Shown here one piece after another: positions 1 to 11,126 of a stretch of 64,000 nt of DNA (its first letter is position 1; every line of letters starts with the position of its first letter). A model generated the notes under the pieces. It had not been told where the DNA came from, ran no database searches, and saw only the letters and a list, made by a program, of their open reading frames with translations. The stretch comes from Desulfosudis oleivorans (GTDB taxonomy: Bacteria > Desulfobacterota > Desulfobacteria > Desulfobacterales > SURF-7), in NCBI GenBank assembly GCA_020723305.1, contig DYJC01000005.1, forward strand, positions 221,724-285,723, in the 5' to 3' direction. Both the position numbers and the translations under genes were made by a program.

Positions 1-175
1 TAACACGAATCGTTTTATTAGCATTTAGATAATTTCAGGTCAATCTTTTTTGTACAAGAACCCCCTTTTTCAAGCAGTATCAATCTAAAGATTTTCGAAT
101 TACTATTGCAAAAATTATTAAACTCCTTATAATGGTGCGCTCGAATGTAAATTTTTTTAATCCAGAGGATAAATC

Positions 176-664
176 ATGAAACAAAAATATAGTATCTTGC
201 TTGGTGAAAATGATAATGAGCTTATCATAAAAGAATCCGGAGAGTTGGATAAAGGTATATTTTCAATTGTATTTGAAGAAAAATATAACCGAGAGACAAT
301 AAAGGCTGCTTGTGAAAAAGATAACGCCACTTTAATTTCAACATTTAGAACATCTGGATTCTATCCGGTCAATGCCTGTGCTGAATTAATTGCAGATGGG
401 ATCAGGGATTTTTTTAATTCGGGTTGCATCGAAACCAAAGAAATCTCTTTTAATGACGTTAGTATGCTAAAAGATGTTTTTCCTGAAAGTCTTTTGGATG
501 ACGTTGATGCCAATCCAGTGGAACTTGACAAACTGCTAGAAGATGAAACCAGTATCGAGGATGACAGCATACTCGAAGATGATGAAATAAATCCTATTGC
601 ATCTTCGCCTTCTTCAATTAAAATTGCAGATGACGATGGTATACAGGCTGACGATGACCTTTAG
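176..664 (+). CDS. hypothetical protein with strongly acidic C-terminal tail
   Basis: 162-aa ORF. The last ~60 aa are D/E/S-rich. A hairpin plus T-tract follows at 731-762. No family recognised. Confidence 0.5.
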   Translation: MKQKYSILLGENDNELIIKESGELDKGIFSIVFEEKYNRETIKAACEKDNATLISTFRTSGFYPVNACAELIADGIRDFFNSGCIETKEISFNDVSMLKDVFPESLLDDVDANPVELDKLLEDETSIEDDSILEDDEINPIASSPSSIKIADDDGIQADDDL

Positions 665-730
665 GATGTTGAAATGTTTTTAACAACCCTTTATTTTTCT
701 TAATTTCAAGAAATGACTTGTGTCCCTATA

Positions 731-762
731 AAACCACCCGAAAGCTGGGTGGTTTTGTTTTG
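731..762 (+). terminator. rho-independent terminator
   Basis: Stem AAACCACCC (731-739) pairs with GGGTGGTTT (747-755) and is followed by TTTTGTTTTG. Confidence 0.6.
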
Positions 763-864
763 TATGTATGTAAAGCTGACTTGAAAATTATAAATCGCTA
801 TGAATGATAGCTTAATAAAAAGTGTTAACCTTTTTTTCTCCGATAAACAAAAAAACGAAACTGT

Positions 865-2532
865 ATGAAAAACAAAATTCAAAATCTGACTCAAAAGGCA
901 ACAGAAAATGCATATAAAAAAGGTTTATTGCCATTTTCTGATTTTCCAGAGATTGAGGTCGAGGAACCAAAAAATGAGGTCCAAGGAGACTATTCTACAA
1001 ATATTGCGATGAAGATGGCCAAGATTCAAAAAATGGCTCCTCGCAAAATTGCGGAAACCATTGTCTCTGCCATGGATGATCCGGAAAAAATTCTGGAAAA
1101 ATGTGAAATCGCAGGACCAGGCTTCATCAATTTTTTTATCCGTAACGAATCCTGGTATCCGTTTTTAAAAAATATCCATGAAAAAGGAAAAACCTATGGC
1201 TCATCCAACATCGGTCAAGGCAGAAAACTTCAGGTCGAATTTGTTAGCGCTAATCCCACAGGCCCTCTCCATGTAGGGCATGGCCGAGGTGCAGCGGTTG
1301 GTGATAGTGTGGCAAACATCCTTTCCTTCTCTGGATATGACGTACAAAGAGAGTACTATATCAACGATTCAGGTCGTCAAATTCGAACCTTGGGCCTTTC
1401 CGTATTTCTTCGATATCAAGAGCTTTTTGGTGAACGAGTGGCCTTCCCGGATGATTGCTATCAGGGTGACTATATCAGAGATATTGCCGGCGAGTTGCAG
1501 AAAAAATATGGTCGTGAACTGCTGGATCAAAAAAAAGAAGAGGCTATTGACCGTTGTGCGAAATATGCAGCGGAAATCATACTGGATGGAATCAAAACGG
1601 ATTTGATCGATTTTCATGTTATCTTCGATAAATGGTATAGTGAACAAAGCTTGTTTGATTCCGGAAAAGTGGACTCCATTATAAGAGAATTTAAAGAAAA
1701 ACAAATCATTTATGAAAAAGATGGGGCAAATTGGTTCAAAACCAGCAACTATGGTGATGAAAAAGATCGTGTTGTCATTCGGGAAAATGGCCTGACAACC
1801 TATTTTGCCGCTGATATCGCTTATCATAAACATAAATTTTTAAGAGATTTTAACCGGGTAATCGATGTCTGGGGTGCAGATCATCACGGTTATATTCCAA
1901 GGATAGCTGCCTCTGTTGAGGCTTCCGGCTACAATAGAGATCAATTTCATGTGATCCTTGTGCAACTTGTCAATCTCCTCAGAGGAGGGGAACCGGTTGC
2001 CATGTCCACACGATCCGGAGAATTCGTTACATTAAAAGAGGTTGTTGATGAGGTCGGGAGTGATGCCGCCCGCTTTATCTTTCTTACCCGGCATTATGAA
2101 AGTCCTCTGGATTTCGATCTGGAGCTGGCTGCAAAAAAAACAAACGAAAACCCGGTTTATTATGTTCAATATGTGCATGCCCGTATTTCAAGCATCGTAA
2201 GAAAGGCATCAGAGGAAACAATGATCAACGTTATGGATTGGGATGAAAACGTCATTCATTTGCTTCAGGTACCGGAAGAGATTCAACTGATCCGACAAAT
2301 GGTCAAATATCCGGAGACGATAAACTCAAGCGCAGAAACGCTGGAGCCCCACCGAATCACATTTTATTTAATGAATCTTGCATCTTCATTTCATGCATAC
2401 TACAACAAGCACAAGGTGCTATCGGAAAATAAAGATCTGACAAAGGCCAGACTATATCTTATTGTTGCAGTAAAAATTGTGATCCAAAGCGGGTTAGCAC
2501 TTCTTGGCGTTTCCGCACCGGACAAAATGTGA
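865..2532 (+). CDS. argS: arginyl-tRNA synthetase
   Basis: 555 aa. Class-I HIGH-type motif ([12 protein letters not shown]) and a full-length ArgRS layout with a C-terminal anticodon-binding region. Confidence 0.95.
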   Translation: MKNKIQNLTQKATENAYKKGLLPFSDFPEIEVEEPKNEVQGDYSTNIAMKMAKIQKMAPRKIAETIVSAMDDPEKILEKCEIAGPGFINFFIRNESWYPFLKNIHEKGKTYGSSNIGQGRKLQVEFVSANPTGPLHVGHGRGAAVGDSVANILSFSGYDVQREYYINDSGRQIRTLGLSVFLRYQELFGERVAFPDDCYQGDYIRDIAGELQKKYGRELLDQKKEEAIDRCAKYAAEIILDGIKTDLIDFHVIFDKWYSEQSLFDSGKVDSIIREFKEKQIIYEKDGANWFKTSNYGDEKDRVVIRENGLTTYFAADIAYHKHKFLRDFNRVIDVWGADHHGYIPRIAASVEASGYNRDQFHVILVQLVNLLRGGEPVAMSTRSGEFVTLKEVVDEVGSDAARFIFLTRHYESPLDFDLELAAKKTNENPVYYVQYVHARISSIVRKASEETMINVMDWDENVIHLLQVPEEIQLIRQMVKYPETINSSAETLEPHRITFYLMNLASSFHAYYNKHKVLSENKDLTKARLYLIVAVKIVIQSGLALLGVSAPDKM

Positions 2533-2542
2533 TCGACAGCTC

Positions 2543-3259
2543 ATGGAAAAAAACGATTCAACATCTCAGGAAACACCATGTAAGGATGAGCAACTGGTTC
2601 AATTACCCAGAAAACGCGCCATGGGATGGGTTGTAATATTTTGCTTCACTTCTGCATGGATTTTTTTATTGGGTATCCTGGTCGGAAGGGGGATGTCTCC
2701 CGTTAAATTTGACATGGATAATCTTCAGAAAGAGTTAACCGCCCTGAAAATTGCTCTGATAAAAAAAGAGCAGCAATTGACAAAAAAAGATACCAATACC
2801 CTGGCTGAAAAACCTGATTTTGAATTTCATGAGAAACTAAAACAACCAAAGCCGGATACAACACTGAACTTTCAGAATGTAGCCACAGAGCCGATCGAAC
2901 CTACCCAGAAAAGCATACCTTCCCATAAAACACAAAATGTTACCAAAAAAAAACAGCTTTTAGAAAAACCGGAGAAGCCTCCCTTCAACAAACCGATTGC
3001 AACTCCGGAAGACACTGATTCAGCGGAAAAACAATTCACAATTCAGGTCTCCTCTTTGAAAGATCCCAAAGTGGCTGACCAGATGGTAACCTCATTGCGA
3101 AAACAAGGCTTCCCAGCCTATCAAACTGCGGTGACAATATCGAAAAATAACATCTGGTATCGGGTTCGAGCCGGACGCTTTAGCAGCAAGGAAGAGTCAC
3201 AGACCATGATGACAAAACTAAAACAAGAATATAAAGATGTAATTCTGATAAAAAATTAA
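2543..3259 (+). CDS. SPOR domain-containing membrane protein
   Basis: The track ORF starts at 2504 and overlaps argS. The ATG at 2543 is more plausible. One TM segment (WVVIFCFTSAWIFLLGILVG) and a C-terminal SPOR-like repeat (FTIQVSSLKD...WYRVRAGRFSSKEES). Confidence 0.75.
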   Translation: MEKNDSTSQETPCKDEQLVQLPRKRAMGWVVIFCFTSAWIFLLGILVGRGMSPVKFDMDNLQKELTALKIALIKKEQQLTKKDTNTLAEKPDFEFHEKLKQPKPDTTLNFQNVATEPIEPTQKSIPSHKTQNVTKKKQLLEKPEKPPFNKPIATPEDTDSAEKQFTIQVSSLKDPKVADQMVTSLRKQGFPAYQTAVTISKNNIWYRVRAGRFSSKEESQTMMTKLKQEYKDVILIKN

Positions 3260-3340
3260 TTTTTATTTTGAGTTGTATCGATCAAAGCAAACGAAAAAAC
3301 CTATCAGAAAAATCAAACATGTACCAGGATAGGAGTTGGT

Positions 3341-3631
3341 ATGAAAATTACAAAAAATGAAATTATTCATGTGGCCAATCTTGCAAGACTTGAAATTGAT
3401 GAGGCCTCTCTGGATAAAGTTACGGAACAGATCAGTCGAATTCTTGAATACGTTGATACACTGAACCAGATTGACACAAAAAATATTCAAGGAACCTCTC
3501 ATGCGATTACCCTGACCAATGCATTCCGAGAGGATATTGTCAAAGAAGATCTTACAAATAATCAGGCGCTTTTCAATGCGCCTGAAAAAGAAAATGGTGC
3601 TTTTGTTGTACCAAAAATTGTCGGGCGATGA
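3341..3631 (+). CDS. gatC: Asp/Glu-tRNA amidotransferase subunit C
   Basis: 96 aa with a GatC-type N-terminus (EIIHVANLARLEI). It lies directly upstream of gatA. Confidence 0.9.
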   Translation: MKITKNEIIHVANLARLEIDEASLDKVTEQISRILEYVDTLNQIDTKNIQGTSHAITLTNAFREDIVKEDLTNNQALFNAPEKENGAFVVPKIVGR

Positions 3632-3643
3632 AAAGAGAAAAAA

Positions 3644-5104
3644 ATGAAACTGTATGAATTAACCATTCACGAAGCACATGATCTGTTAAAGTCCAGACAG
3701 ATATCTTCAACCGAACTGACCAGGGCTGTATTAGATCATATTGAAAAAAAAGATGACAAAATCGGTGCGTATCTATCGGTTTTTGAAGAAAATGCCATGA
3801 TTCAGGCCCGGGAAGCGGATCAGATGATCGCCAGAAATGAGATCCAACCCCTCACCGGCATCCCACTGTCGATTAAAGACCTGATCTGTACCAAGGGACT
3901 ACCGACAACATGTGCCTCAAAAATTCTTGAAAAGTTCATTCCGCCTTATGATGCAACCGTAATGACAAAACTAAAAAATGCCGGCGCTGTTACCGTTGGC
4001 AAGACAAACATGGACGAGTTTGCCATGGGCTCATCTACTGAAAATTCCAGGATGCACATTACCCGAAATCCATGGGATATAACAAGAATTCCAGGTGGAT
4101 CTAGTGGTGGTTCAGCTGCATCTGTAGCTGCTGATATGTGTATCGGTTCCCTCGGATCCGATACAGGCGGATCAATAAGGCAGCCCGCATCCCATTGCAG
4201 TGTTGTCGGAATGAAACCCACTTACGGCAGAGTATCCCGGTATGGTCTTGTGGCATTTGCATCCTCTCTTGATCAGATCGGTCCGATTACCAAGGATGTG
4301 ACGGATTGCGCCCTTCTCATGAATGTGATTTCAGGGTATGATCCACAAGACTCAACCTCTGTACCAAAAGATGTCCCTGACTTTCAAAAATCATTAGAAG
4401 AAGGATTAAAAGGTCTGAAAATCGGATTGCCGAAAGAGTATTATATCACAGAGGGTCTGGATCCGGATGTTTCTGCTGCCATTGACAATGCAGTCAATAC
4501 AATGAAAGATCTTGGAGCGGAATTTGTTGAGGTTTCTCTTCCTCATACGAAATATGCCGTAGCTGTCTATTATGTAATTGCCCCATGTGAAGCCAGTTCC
4601 AACCTGGCAAGGTATGATGGGGTTCGATACGGATTTCGGGATAAGGATCCGAAAGATTTACTGCAGATGTATCGCAGCACCAAATCAAAAGGGTTTGGCC
4701 CGGAAGTCCAGCGGCGGATTATTATCGGGACCTATGCTCTTTCCGCAGGATATTATGATGCGTATTATGGAAAAGCCTCCCAGGTCAGAACACTGATGAT
4801 AGAAGATTTCAAAAGTGCATTTCAAAAATGCGATGTACTTCTTTCTCCGGTTACTCCGAGCCCAGCCTTTACAATCGGAGAAAAAACAGATGACCCGTTA
4901 AATATGTATTTATCTGATATTTTTACATTATCTGCAAATCTTGCCGGTGTGCCAGGGATTTCCATACCTTGTGGTTTTTCCAAAAATAATTTGCCTATTG
5001 GTCTGCAACTGATGGGCAGCCATTTTAATGAAGAGATGCTTATCAAGGTTGCATATAATTTTGAACAAGCCACTATGTTTCATAAGAAAAAACCGACCCT
5101 ATAA
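3644..5104 (+). CDS. gatA: Asp/Glu-tRNA amidotransferase subunit A
   Basis: 486 aa with the amidase signature [13 protein letters not shown] and the [12 protein letters not shown] motif. Confidence 0.95.
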   Translation: MKLYELTIHEAHDLLKSRQISSTELTRAVLDHIEKKDDKIGAYLSVFEENAMIQAREADQMIARNEIQPLTGIPLSIKDLICTKGLPTTCASKILEKFIPPYDATVMTKLKNAGAVTVGKTNMDEFAMGSSTENSRMHITRNPWDITRIPGGSSGGSAASVAADMCIGSLGSDTGGSIRQPASHCSVVGMKPTYGRVSRYGLVAFASSLDQIGPITKDVTDCALLMNVISGYDPQDSTSVPKDVPDFQKSLEEGLKGLKIGLPKEYYITEGLDPDVSAAIDNAVNTMKDLGAEFVEVSLPHTKYAVAVYYVIAPCEASSNLARYDGVRYGFRDKDPKDLLQMYRSTKSKGFGPEVQRRIIIGTYALSAGYYDAYYGKASQVRTLMIEDFKSAFQKCDVLLSPVTPSPAFTIGEKTDDPLNMYLSDIFTLSANLAGVPGISIPCGFSKNNLPIGLQLMGSHFNEEMLIKVAYNFEQATMFHKKKPTL

Positions 5105-5119
5105 GTAAGGATATATTTT

Positions 5120-5311
5120 ATGAGTATTGTACCTGAAGGAGAAGCATTGCGTAATGCAATTAAATGGATCTCGGAAGAACATGAATGTCGCCCGGATGAA
5201 AAAATGAATACACTAATTAATAAAGCGTGCATTCGATTTGACCTGTCTCCCAGTGATAGTGAGTTCATCATCCGTTTTTATAAAAAGGGAAGTGCTTCTC
5301 AAGAAGAATAA
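5120..5311 (+). CDS. small hypothetical protein (63 aa)
   Basis: The ORF sits tightly between gatA and mutL and has a weak SD (TAAGG). No family recognised. Confidence 0.4.
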   Translation: MSIVPEGEALRNAIKWISEEHECRPDEKMNTLINKACIRFDLSPSDSEFIIRFYKKGSASQEE

Positions 5312-5323
5312 AAGAATAAAACT

Positions 5324-7204
5324 GTGTCCAGAATTATAATATTACCGGATATTCTGTCCAACAAAATTGCTGCCGGGGAAGTTGTTGAACGTCCTTCATC
5401 TGTCGTGAAAGAACTTCTTGAAAATTCAATTGATGCCAATAGTTCTCGAATCATCATTGATATTGAAAACGGAGGCCGTTCCTTAATCCGTATTTCAGAC
5501 AACGGATCTGGAATGAATCGGGATGATGCAATGCTCTCCATTGAACGATATGCAACCAGCAAAATCCGTACGGACGCAGACCTGTTTTCCATCAAAACAC
5601 TTGGTTTTCGTGGTGAGGCTCTCCCCAGCATTGCATCTGTTTCTCACTTTTCACTCATTACAAGAGACGAATCTTCAGAAACCGGCACACAAATTCTGGT
5701 CGATGGTGGAAAAATCAAAAGCGTTACAGAAGTAGGCGCTCCTGTTGGGACGATGATCGATGTGAAAAACCTGTTTTACAACACTCCTGCCAGACGAAAA
5801 TTCTTAAAATCAACCAATGCGGAAATGGGACATATCGCAGATATACTATCCGGAATTGCTCTGGGTCGTCCGGAAATCGGATTTCAGCTTGTACACAACG
5901 GAAAAATGGTTAAAAAATGGCCTGTTTCAAGCAATCCTCTTGATCGGATTTCAGCTGTGTTTGGACAGGATATCCGAAGGGAACTTCACAAAATTGAGTT
6001 GGAAACCGAAAACGCCTCTGTTTTTGGATGGATATCATCTCCTTCCATAACGCAAAGCACATCGCAAAAAATCTATCTATATGTAAATGGTCGTTTCATA
6101 CGAGACAGGGGTCTGCAACATGCCTTGTTTGAGGGCTATCAGGGAAGACTCATGAAGGGACGTTTTCCGATTGCGGTCCTTTTTATCAAGGTTCCATTTG
6201 AACAGCTTGATGTAAATGTTCATCCTGCAAAGCATGAAATCCGATTCGCGGGTTATCGTTATGTATATGATACTCTCAAGGCAGCGGTTTTTAAAGCATG
6301 GAATATAACTGACCCAAATAAGCCTAAACCAGTTTCGATTGAATTGCCAACACACAGCTACATCTCCCGAATCGATCGATCGTCGGCAGCAATCTCTTTT
6401 TCTCAGAATCGACATGAAGCAAAAGAATTTCCTTTTCAAACCCCTTCTCAAAAAACAACCTTTACGTATGATGAGTCATCTGAAAAAGAAACCATATCTG
6501 AAAAACAGGCGCTATACAGCGCCTCCATATATTCCACTATTCAGAATAAGAGCCTTCTCCAACAAGGAAATTATACTGATCATCCTGAAGCCCAAAAGGG
6601 CCATTATCGGTCAACCGGAATTCAAATTCCCTTCCGGGTTATCGGCCAGTTTCATAATACCTACATTGTCTGCGAATCTGAAAATGAATTCATCTTATTG
6701 GACCAGCATGCGGCCCATGAACGAATCGTGTTTGAACAACTAAAAAGAAAAGCCCACAAAGCCGGCTCGCCGGCCCAGAAATTACTGATACCTGAAATCA
6801 TCGATTTTGGATATTCGGAAAGTGCAATACTGGAGAAGCTTTTGCCCGGACTTTTGGAATTCGGTCTTGAAATTGAACCGTTTGGTGGTAATACTTTTGC
6901 TGTCAAAGCGATTCCAGCTTTGATATCGGACAGGGAGATCAAACCATTGATTGTAGAAATGGTAGAAAAAATCAGTGATATTGGTTTTGCCGACGGTATT
7001 GAAAAAACGATAGATGATTGTTTAATCATGATGTCTTGTCATGGTGCAATCCGGGCAAATCAGGCGCTGTCTGAAAAAGAGATGAAGGGGATTATTGATC
7101 AACTTGCTCTGTGTGAGAATCCTTCACACTGTCCCCATGGTCGACCCATCCGAATCCGTTGGTCTCTATCTGAACTTGAAAAAAAATTTAAACGGATTCC
7201 GTAG
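5324..7204 (+). CDS. mutL: DNA mismatch repair protein MutL
   Basis: 626 aa with a GTG start. GHKL ATPase motifs (IAAGEVVERP, DNGSGM) and a C-terminal dimerisation/endonuclease region. Confidence 0.95.
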   Translation: MSRIIILPDILSNKIAAGEVVERPSSVVKELLENSIDANSSRIIIDIENGGRSLIRISDNGSGMNRDDAMLSIERYATSKIRTDADLFSIKTLGFRGEALPSIASVSHFSLITRDESSETGTQILVDGGKIKSVTEVGAPVGTMIDVKNLFYNTPARRKFLKSTNAEMGHIADILSGIALGRPEIGFQLVHNGKMVKKWPVSSNPLDRISAVFGQDIRRELHKIELETENASVFGWISSPSITQSTSQKIYLYVNGRFIRDRGLQHALFEGYQGRLMKGRFPIAVLFIKVPFEQLDVNVHPAKHEIRFAGYRYVYDTLKAAVFKAWNITDPNKPKPVSIELPTHSYISRIDRSSAAISFSQNRHEAKEFPFQTPSQKTTFTYDESSEKETISEKQALYSASIYSTIQNKSLLQQGNYTDHPEAQKGHYRSTGIQIPFRVIGQFHNTYIVCESENEFILLDQHAAHERIVFEQLKRKAHKAGSPAQKLLIPEIIDFGYSESAILEKLLPGLLEFGLEIEPFGGNTFAVKAIPALISDREIKPLIVEMVEKISDIGFADGIEKTIDDCLIMMSCHGAIRANQALSEKEMKGIIDQLALCENPSHCPHGRPIRIRWSLSELEKKFKRIP

Positions 7205-7403
7205 ACAGAGACAGCATTCCATTTTAGTAATAAAATTGCTTCCCAAAAAATAGAAAAAATAAATGAATACATTATTGGCATTGACCTGAATCGGCTGCCA
7301 TACTATTATAACTCAATTTGATCAGGGATACTTTTTCATCCATGTTTTTCGGTTACCCCAGAATATATCTGAATTCTATCACGAATAGTAAAGGCAGAAT
7401 GTT

Positions 7404-7715
7404 ATGGAAATTTTCAGCAGAGATGGGATTGATTACAATATTGAAGACTGCTCGGTCATTGATATCTTTAATTATAACGAATTGATGGTGCTTAAAGTAA
7501 TCCGAGAAATTTTACACGAAGATCGTTCATTATGCAGATGTCCCATTTGCCTTGAAGATCTTTTTGCATTGTCAATGAATTCCATTCCCCCGAGATATAT
7601 TCAGATTACCAGCATTAAAAAATATATGAACAGCGCCAGTTTTATTGACGAAAAAACAATTCGAAAAAAAGTGCTGGAAGCATGGGAAAAAATCAAGGCA
7701 AAGCCCGGGCATTGA
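7404..7715 (+). CDS. ComFB-like (late competence development family) protein
   Basis: 103 aa. The Cys motif CRCPICLEDLFALSMNSIPPRY resembles the ComFB family. Assigned by motif only. Confidence 0.55.
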   Translation: MEIFSRDGIDYNIEDCSVIDIFNYNELMVLKVIREILHEDRSLCRCPICLEDLFALSMNSIPPRYIQITSIKKYMNSASFIDEKTIRKKVLEAWEKIKAKPGH

Positions 7716-7760
7716 ATACCCGTAACAATCCAATAAAATTTTAAAAAATGCTGCTTGATA

Positions 7761-8615
7761 TTATCTGCCTGAAACCAACGAAACCAGCTTTTCAGCGATT
7801 TTAGAAAAAGATTCTGTCACTGCCGAATTTGCATTCCTCTCTTGAAATGAAACGCCTTGATCTCCACAGGAAACCATTTCCATGTCAAAAGGTATCCTGC
7901 CCAGAAAAGCAATGCCCGAATCCTTGGCTGTTTTTTCTCCACCACCAGTGCCAAAAAGATTAACGGTTTCATTGCAGTGGGGACAGATAAATCCGCTCAT
8001 ATTTTCGATCAGTCCAAACATCTCCATTTTAACCGTCCTGCAAAAACTAATGGACTTTCTCACATCTGCTAAGGATACCTCCTGAGGAGTTGTCACAATA
8101 ATTGCTTTTGTGTTTGGTATGAGCTGAGCAATTGTCAATGGTTCATCGCCTGTTCCCGGAGGAGCGTCTATTAATAGAAAATCCAGATCTCCCCAAGCCA
8201 CATCAGAAATAAATTGCCGGATTGCTGAATATTTCATCGGTCCACGCCATATAATGGCATCATCCCTGTTTATACTCAAAGATTCTACGGATATGACTTT
8301 TAAATTCTCTGAATAGGCTGCCGGCACCAGTTTCTGATCTGAATTTAAATCCAGCATTTCAGAAAGACCAAGCATTCTGGGAATATCCGGACCATGGATA
8401 TCCACATCCATAAGACCGACTTTAAACCCTCTGTTCGCAAGAGCAATGGCAAGATTTACGGAGACACTGCTTTTTCCAACTCCCCCTTTCCCGCTCATAA
8501 TAATGAAGATATTTTTTATTTTTTGTAAAGAATAAGTCAACCCTGCATCTTTATCAGGATTCTTTGCTTTATTTGGACTTGAGGCGATACTAATGCCATC
8601 TTGACGGGATTTCAT
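7761..8615 (-). CDS. mrp: Mrp/ApbC/NBP35-family Fe-S cluster carrier ATPase
   Basis: 284 aa with the deviant P-loop SGKGGVGKS and the CPHC motif (FICPHCNE). Confidence 0.9.
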   Translation of the reverse strand: MKSRQDGISIASSPNKAKNPDKDAGLTYSLQKIKNIFIIMSGKGGVGKSSVSVNLAIALANRGFKVGLMDVDIHGPDIPRMLGLSEMLDLNSDQKLVPAAYSENLKVISVESLSINRDDAIIWRGPMKYSAIRQFISDVAWGDLDFLLIDAPPGTGDEPLTIAQLIPNTKAIIVTTPQEVSLADVRKSISFCRTVKMEMFGLIENMSGFICPHCNETVNLFGTGGGEKTAKDSGIAFLGRIPFDMEMVSCGDQGVSFQERNANSAVTESFSKIAEKLVSLVSGR

Positions 8616-8921
8616 TGTAATATTCCTTTTTTTTCAACAAGTAAGGGGGTCACCAACAATAATCATTCCATAGATCATCATTACCTGAATGATGGACATC
8701 ATCGTTGTTCCTTTCCATCAGACGAATTACCATATGCCATATCTGCTGCAAAGCGAAAAATCAACTCCGCACACTGAATATCTTTTCATTTGACACTTGC
8801 TTGTCAAGTGGAGTAACTTTTCTGAAATCCAGATGCAAATAAAAATGGCAGCTCTCGGTGCCGGAATCATCATCCAGAGATGGTCATCCAGACAATTCCA
8901 AATGATTATCAGGAGATTACA

Positions 8922-9347
8922 ATGTGTAATTTACAAAAATCTTTGATTTTCTTCATCCTGGTTGGTTTTTTTATTACAGGATGCACCTCTCACCTGAAAC
9001 TGATCAACCTGGATTCCGGAAAAACATTGGAAGGCCGATATGATTCAATTTACTCAGAAGTAACAGTTACCATGCCAAATGGAGACATTTTAAAAGGCAA
9101 GTATCGCCCGGCAAAGGACACTCCCTTTCCCTCCAGAGAAGAATACGAACAAACAGATCCCCCCCCAAAATCTGGCTTTGGCTCAGGAATACCTCATGGA
9201 ATCCGGGCAGATGTTTATGCTCTTCTGAAATCAGAAAAAACCGATCTGATGATGGAGGTATTTCTAGGATATGATTCTTTTAAAGGCGGAGACGGCTTTG
9301 GTTTTGCACGAACCAATGATAAAAGATCCTATAAAATTAAATATTGA
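8922..9347 (+). CDS. putative lipoprotein
   Basis: The internal ATG at 8922 is preceded by AGGAG. Signal peptide with the lipobox FITGC. No family recognised. Confidence 0.55.
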   Translation: MCNLQKSLIFFILVGFFITGCTSHLKLINLDSGKTLEGRYDSIYSEVTVTMPNGDILKGKYRPAKDTPFPSREEYEQTDPPPKSGFGSGIPHGIRADVYALLKSEKTDLMMEVFLGYDSFKGGDGFGFARTNDKRSYKIKY

Positions 9348-9432
9348 TTACAAAATCAGATGCGTAAAAAAGAAAAGCCTTGGGTTATCCGACATACCAT
9401 AATGGCCCAATTCGAGTACTGATGCTGAATCC

Positions 9433-10200
9433 ATGTATAAAAACAAAAAAGTTATCGTTGTCATGCCGGCCTATAATGCCGAAAAAACCTTGAAAAAAAC
9501 TCATGATGAGGTTCTGGCTCAAGAAATCGTCGATCTGATCATTATCGTTGACGACAGCAGCAGCGATCAAACCGTTACGATCGCCAATAAACTCCCCCAT
9601 ACAATTGTTCATCAGCATCCGTCCAATCTCGGATATGGAGGAAATCAAAAATCGTGTTATCGATTAGCCCTTGACCATGGTGGCGACATCATCATCATGA
9701 TCCATCCAGACTATCAATATACCCCCCAACTGATCCCTGCCATGGCATCCTTGATCGGAAACGGATTATATCACTGTGTGCTAGGTTCAAGAATACTGGG
9801 AGGATATGCCCTGAAAGGCGGTATGCCGATCTGGAAATATATTGCCAATCGATTTTTGACTTTTACGGAAAATTTATTAACCGGTGCCAAGCTTTCAGAA
9901 TATCATACCGGTTATCGAGCGTTCTCCGGACAACTGATCAAAAAGCTTCCTCTTGAAAGGAATTCAGACGATTTTCTTTTTGACAATCAAATTCTGGCAC
10001 AAATTTTATGGCTCGGATACACAATCGCTGAAGTTAGCTGCCCGACAAACTATTTTCCAGAAGCATCTTCCATTAATCTTTTAAGAAGTATTAGTTATGG
10101 AATCGGATGTCTGGTCACTTCTTTTCGGTTTCGTCTTGCAAAAATAGGGATACTGAAATCAAACCTGTTTCCAATGCAACCGCATAGAGAGGCAGAATGA
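9433..10200 (+). CDS. family-2 glycosyltransferase (Dpm1/DPG-synthase-like)
   Basis: 255 aa with the GT-A N-terminus VVMPAYNAEKT...VDDSSSDQT. Its stop overlaps the next gene's start (ATGA at 10197-10200). Confidence 0.85.
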   Translation: MYKNKKVIVVMPAYNAEKTLKKTHDEVLAQEIVDLIIIVDDSSSDQTVTIANKLPHTIVHQHPSNLGYGGNQKSCYRLALDHGGDIIIMIHPDYQYTPQLIPAMASLIGNGLYHCVLGSRILGGYALKGGMPIWKYIANRFLTFTENLLTGAKLSEYHTGYRAFSGQLIKKLPLERNSDDFLFDNQILAQILWLGYTIAEVSCPTNYFPEASSINLLRSISYGIGCLVTSFRFRLAKIGILKSNLFPMQPHREAE

Positions 10201-11126
10201 ATAAGGATGAGCCCGTCCATTTTTTTAATGATAACACCGTCATTTTCGATATTCAGAGATTTTCGCTTCATGATGGTCCAGGAATCAGAACGACCGTTTT
10301 TTTCAAGGGGTGCCCTTTATCCTGTGCCTGGTGTCAAAATCCGGAATCACAAAATGTCCGGCCGGAACTGATATTTTACAAAGAAAGCTGTATCCAGTGC
10401 TTTGACTGCAGAAAACACTGCCCGGAAAATGCAATATCCGATCATTCGATGCTCCGGTTTGATCCAAAGCGATGTACACTCTGCGGTCAATGTGTTACAC
10501 AATGTTTAACAAACAGCCTCCGAATGATCGGTAAAAAATGGAGTGCTGCAGATCTTCTGGGAGAAATTTATAAAGATATTGATTTTTTTATAGATTCAGG
10601 TGGGGGAATTACTCTGTCCGGTGGAGAACCATTGCTCCAGGCAAATTTTTTATTTCAATGGCTTCCTATGGTAAAAGAAAAAAAAATTCATACGACACTT
10701 GAAACCTGCGGCCTGGCCAATTGGATGCAGATTGAAAAACTGCTGCCCTGGATTGATATTGTCTTCTATGATCTGAAACATATGAATGACTCCATTCATA
10801 AAAAATTTACAGGTTGTGGAAATGCCGGAATTCTGGAAAACTTTTCCAGACTGTCCAGGAGCAAATCCGGACTGCAGGCAAGAATGCCGGTTATCCCGGG
10901 TATCAACAACTCCGTTGAGAACATTCAGGCCACTGCTAATTTTCTGAAATCCAATCATCACTTTTCCATCCATTTGCTTCCTTATCATAATCTGGGAGAA
11001 GCAAAACTGAAAAGAATGTATTCTCAACAGCATCCCATGAACATTGCACCACAAAATTCCGAACAGTTGAAACAAACCCAAGAACTGTTTGAAAAGGAGA
11101 AAATCCATGCTGTTCTATACGACTGA
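10197..11126 (+). CDS. glycyl-radical enzyme activating protein (radical SAM)
   Basis: 309 aa. CX3CX2C motif (CPLSCAWC) plus two ferredoxin-like clusters (CIQCFDCRKHCP, CTLCGQCVTQC), as in activases of eliminase-type GREs. Confidence 0.9.
   Translation: MNKDEPVHFFNDNTVIFDIQRFSLHDGPGIRTTVFFKGCPLSCAWCQNPESQNVRPELIFYKESCIQCFDCRKHCPENAISDHSMLRFDPKRCTLCGQCVTQCLTNSLRMIGKKWSAADLLGEIYKDIDFFIDSGGGITLSGGEPLLQANFLFQWLPMVKEKKIHTTLETCGLANWMQIEKLLPWIDIVFYDLKHMNDSIHKKFTGCGNAGILENFSRLSRSKSGLQARMPVIPGINNSVENIQATANFLKSNHHFSIHLLPYHNLGEAKLKRMYSQQHPMNIAPQNSEQLKQTQELFEKEKIHAVLYD

Noticed and set aside
1369-1833. Long antisense or alternative-frame ORFs from the track that lie inside well-supported genes. Examples: 1369-1833 in argS, 10650-11108 in the activase, 35619-35939 in proB, 51443-51901 and 52826-53257 in gyrA, 58790-59110 in pepA.
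   Set aside because: They lie entirely within genes that have strong family motifs on the other strand or frame. They have low-complexity or odd composition and no start context. I treat them as shadow ORFs.
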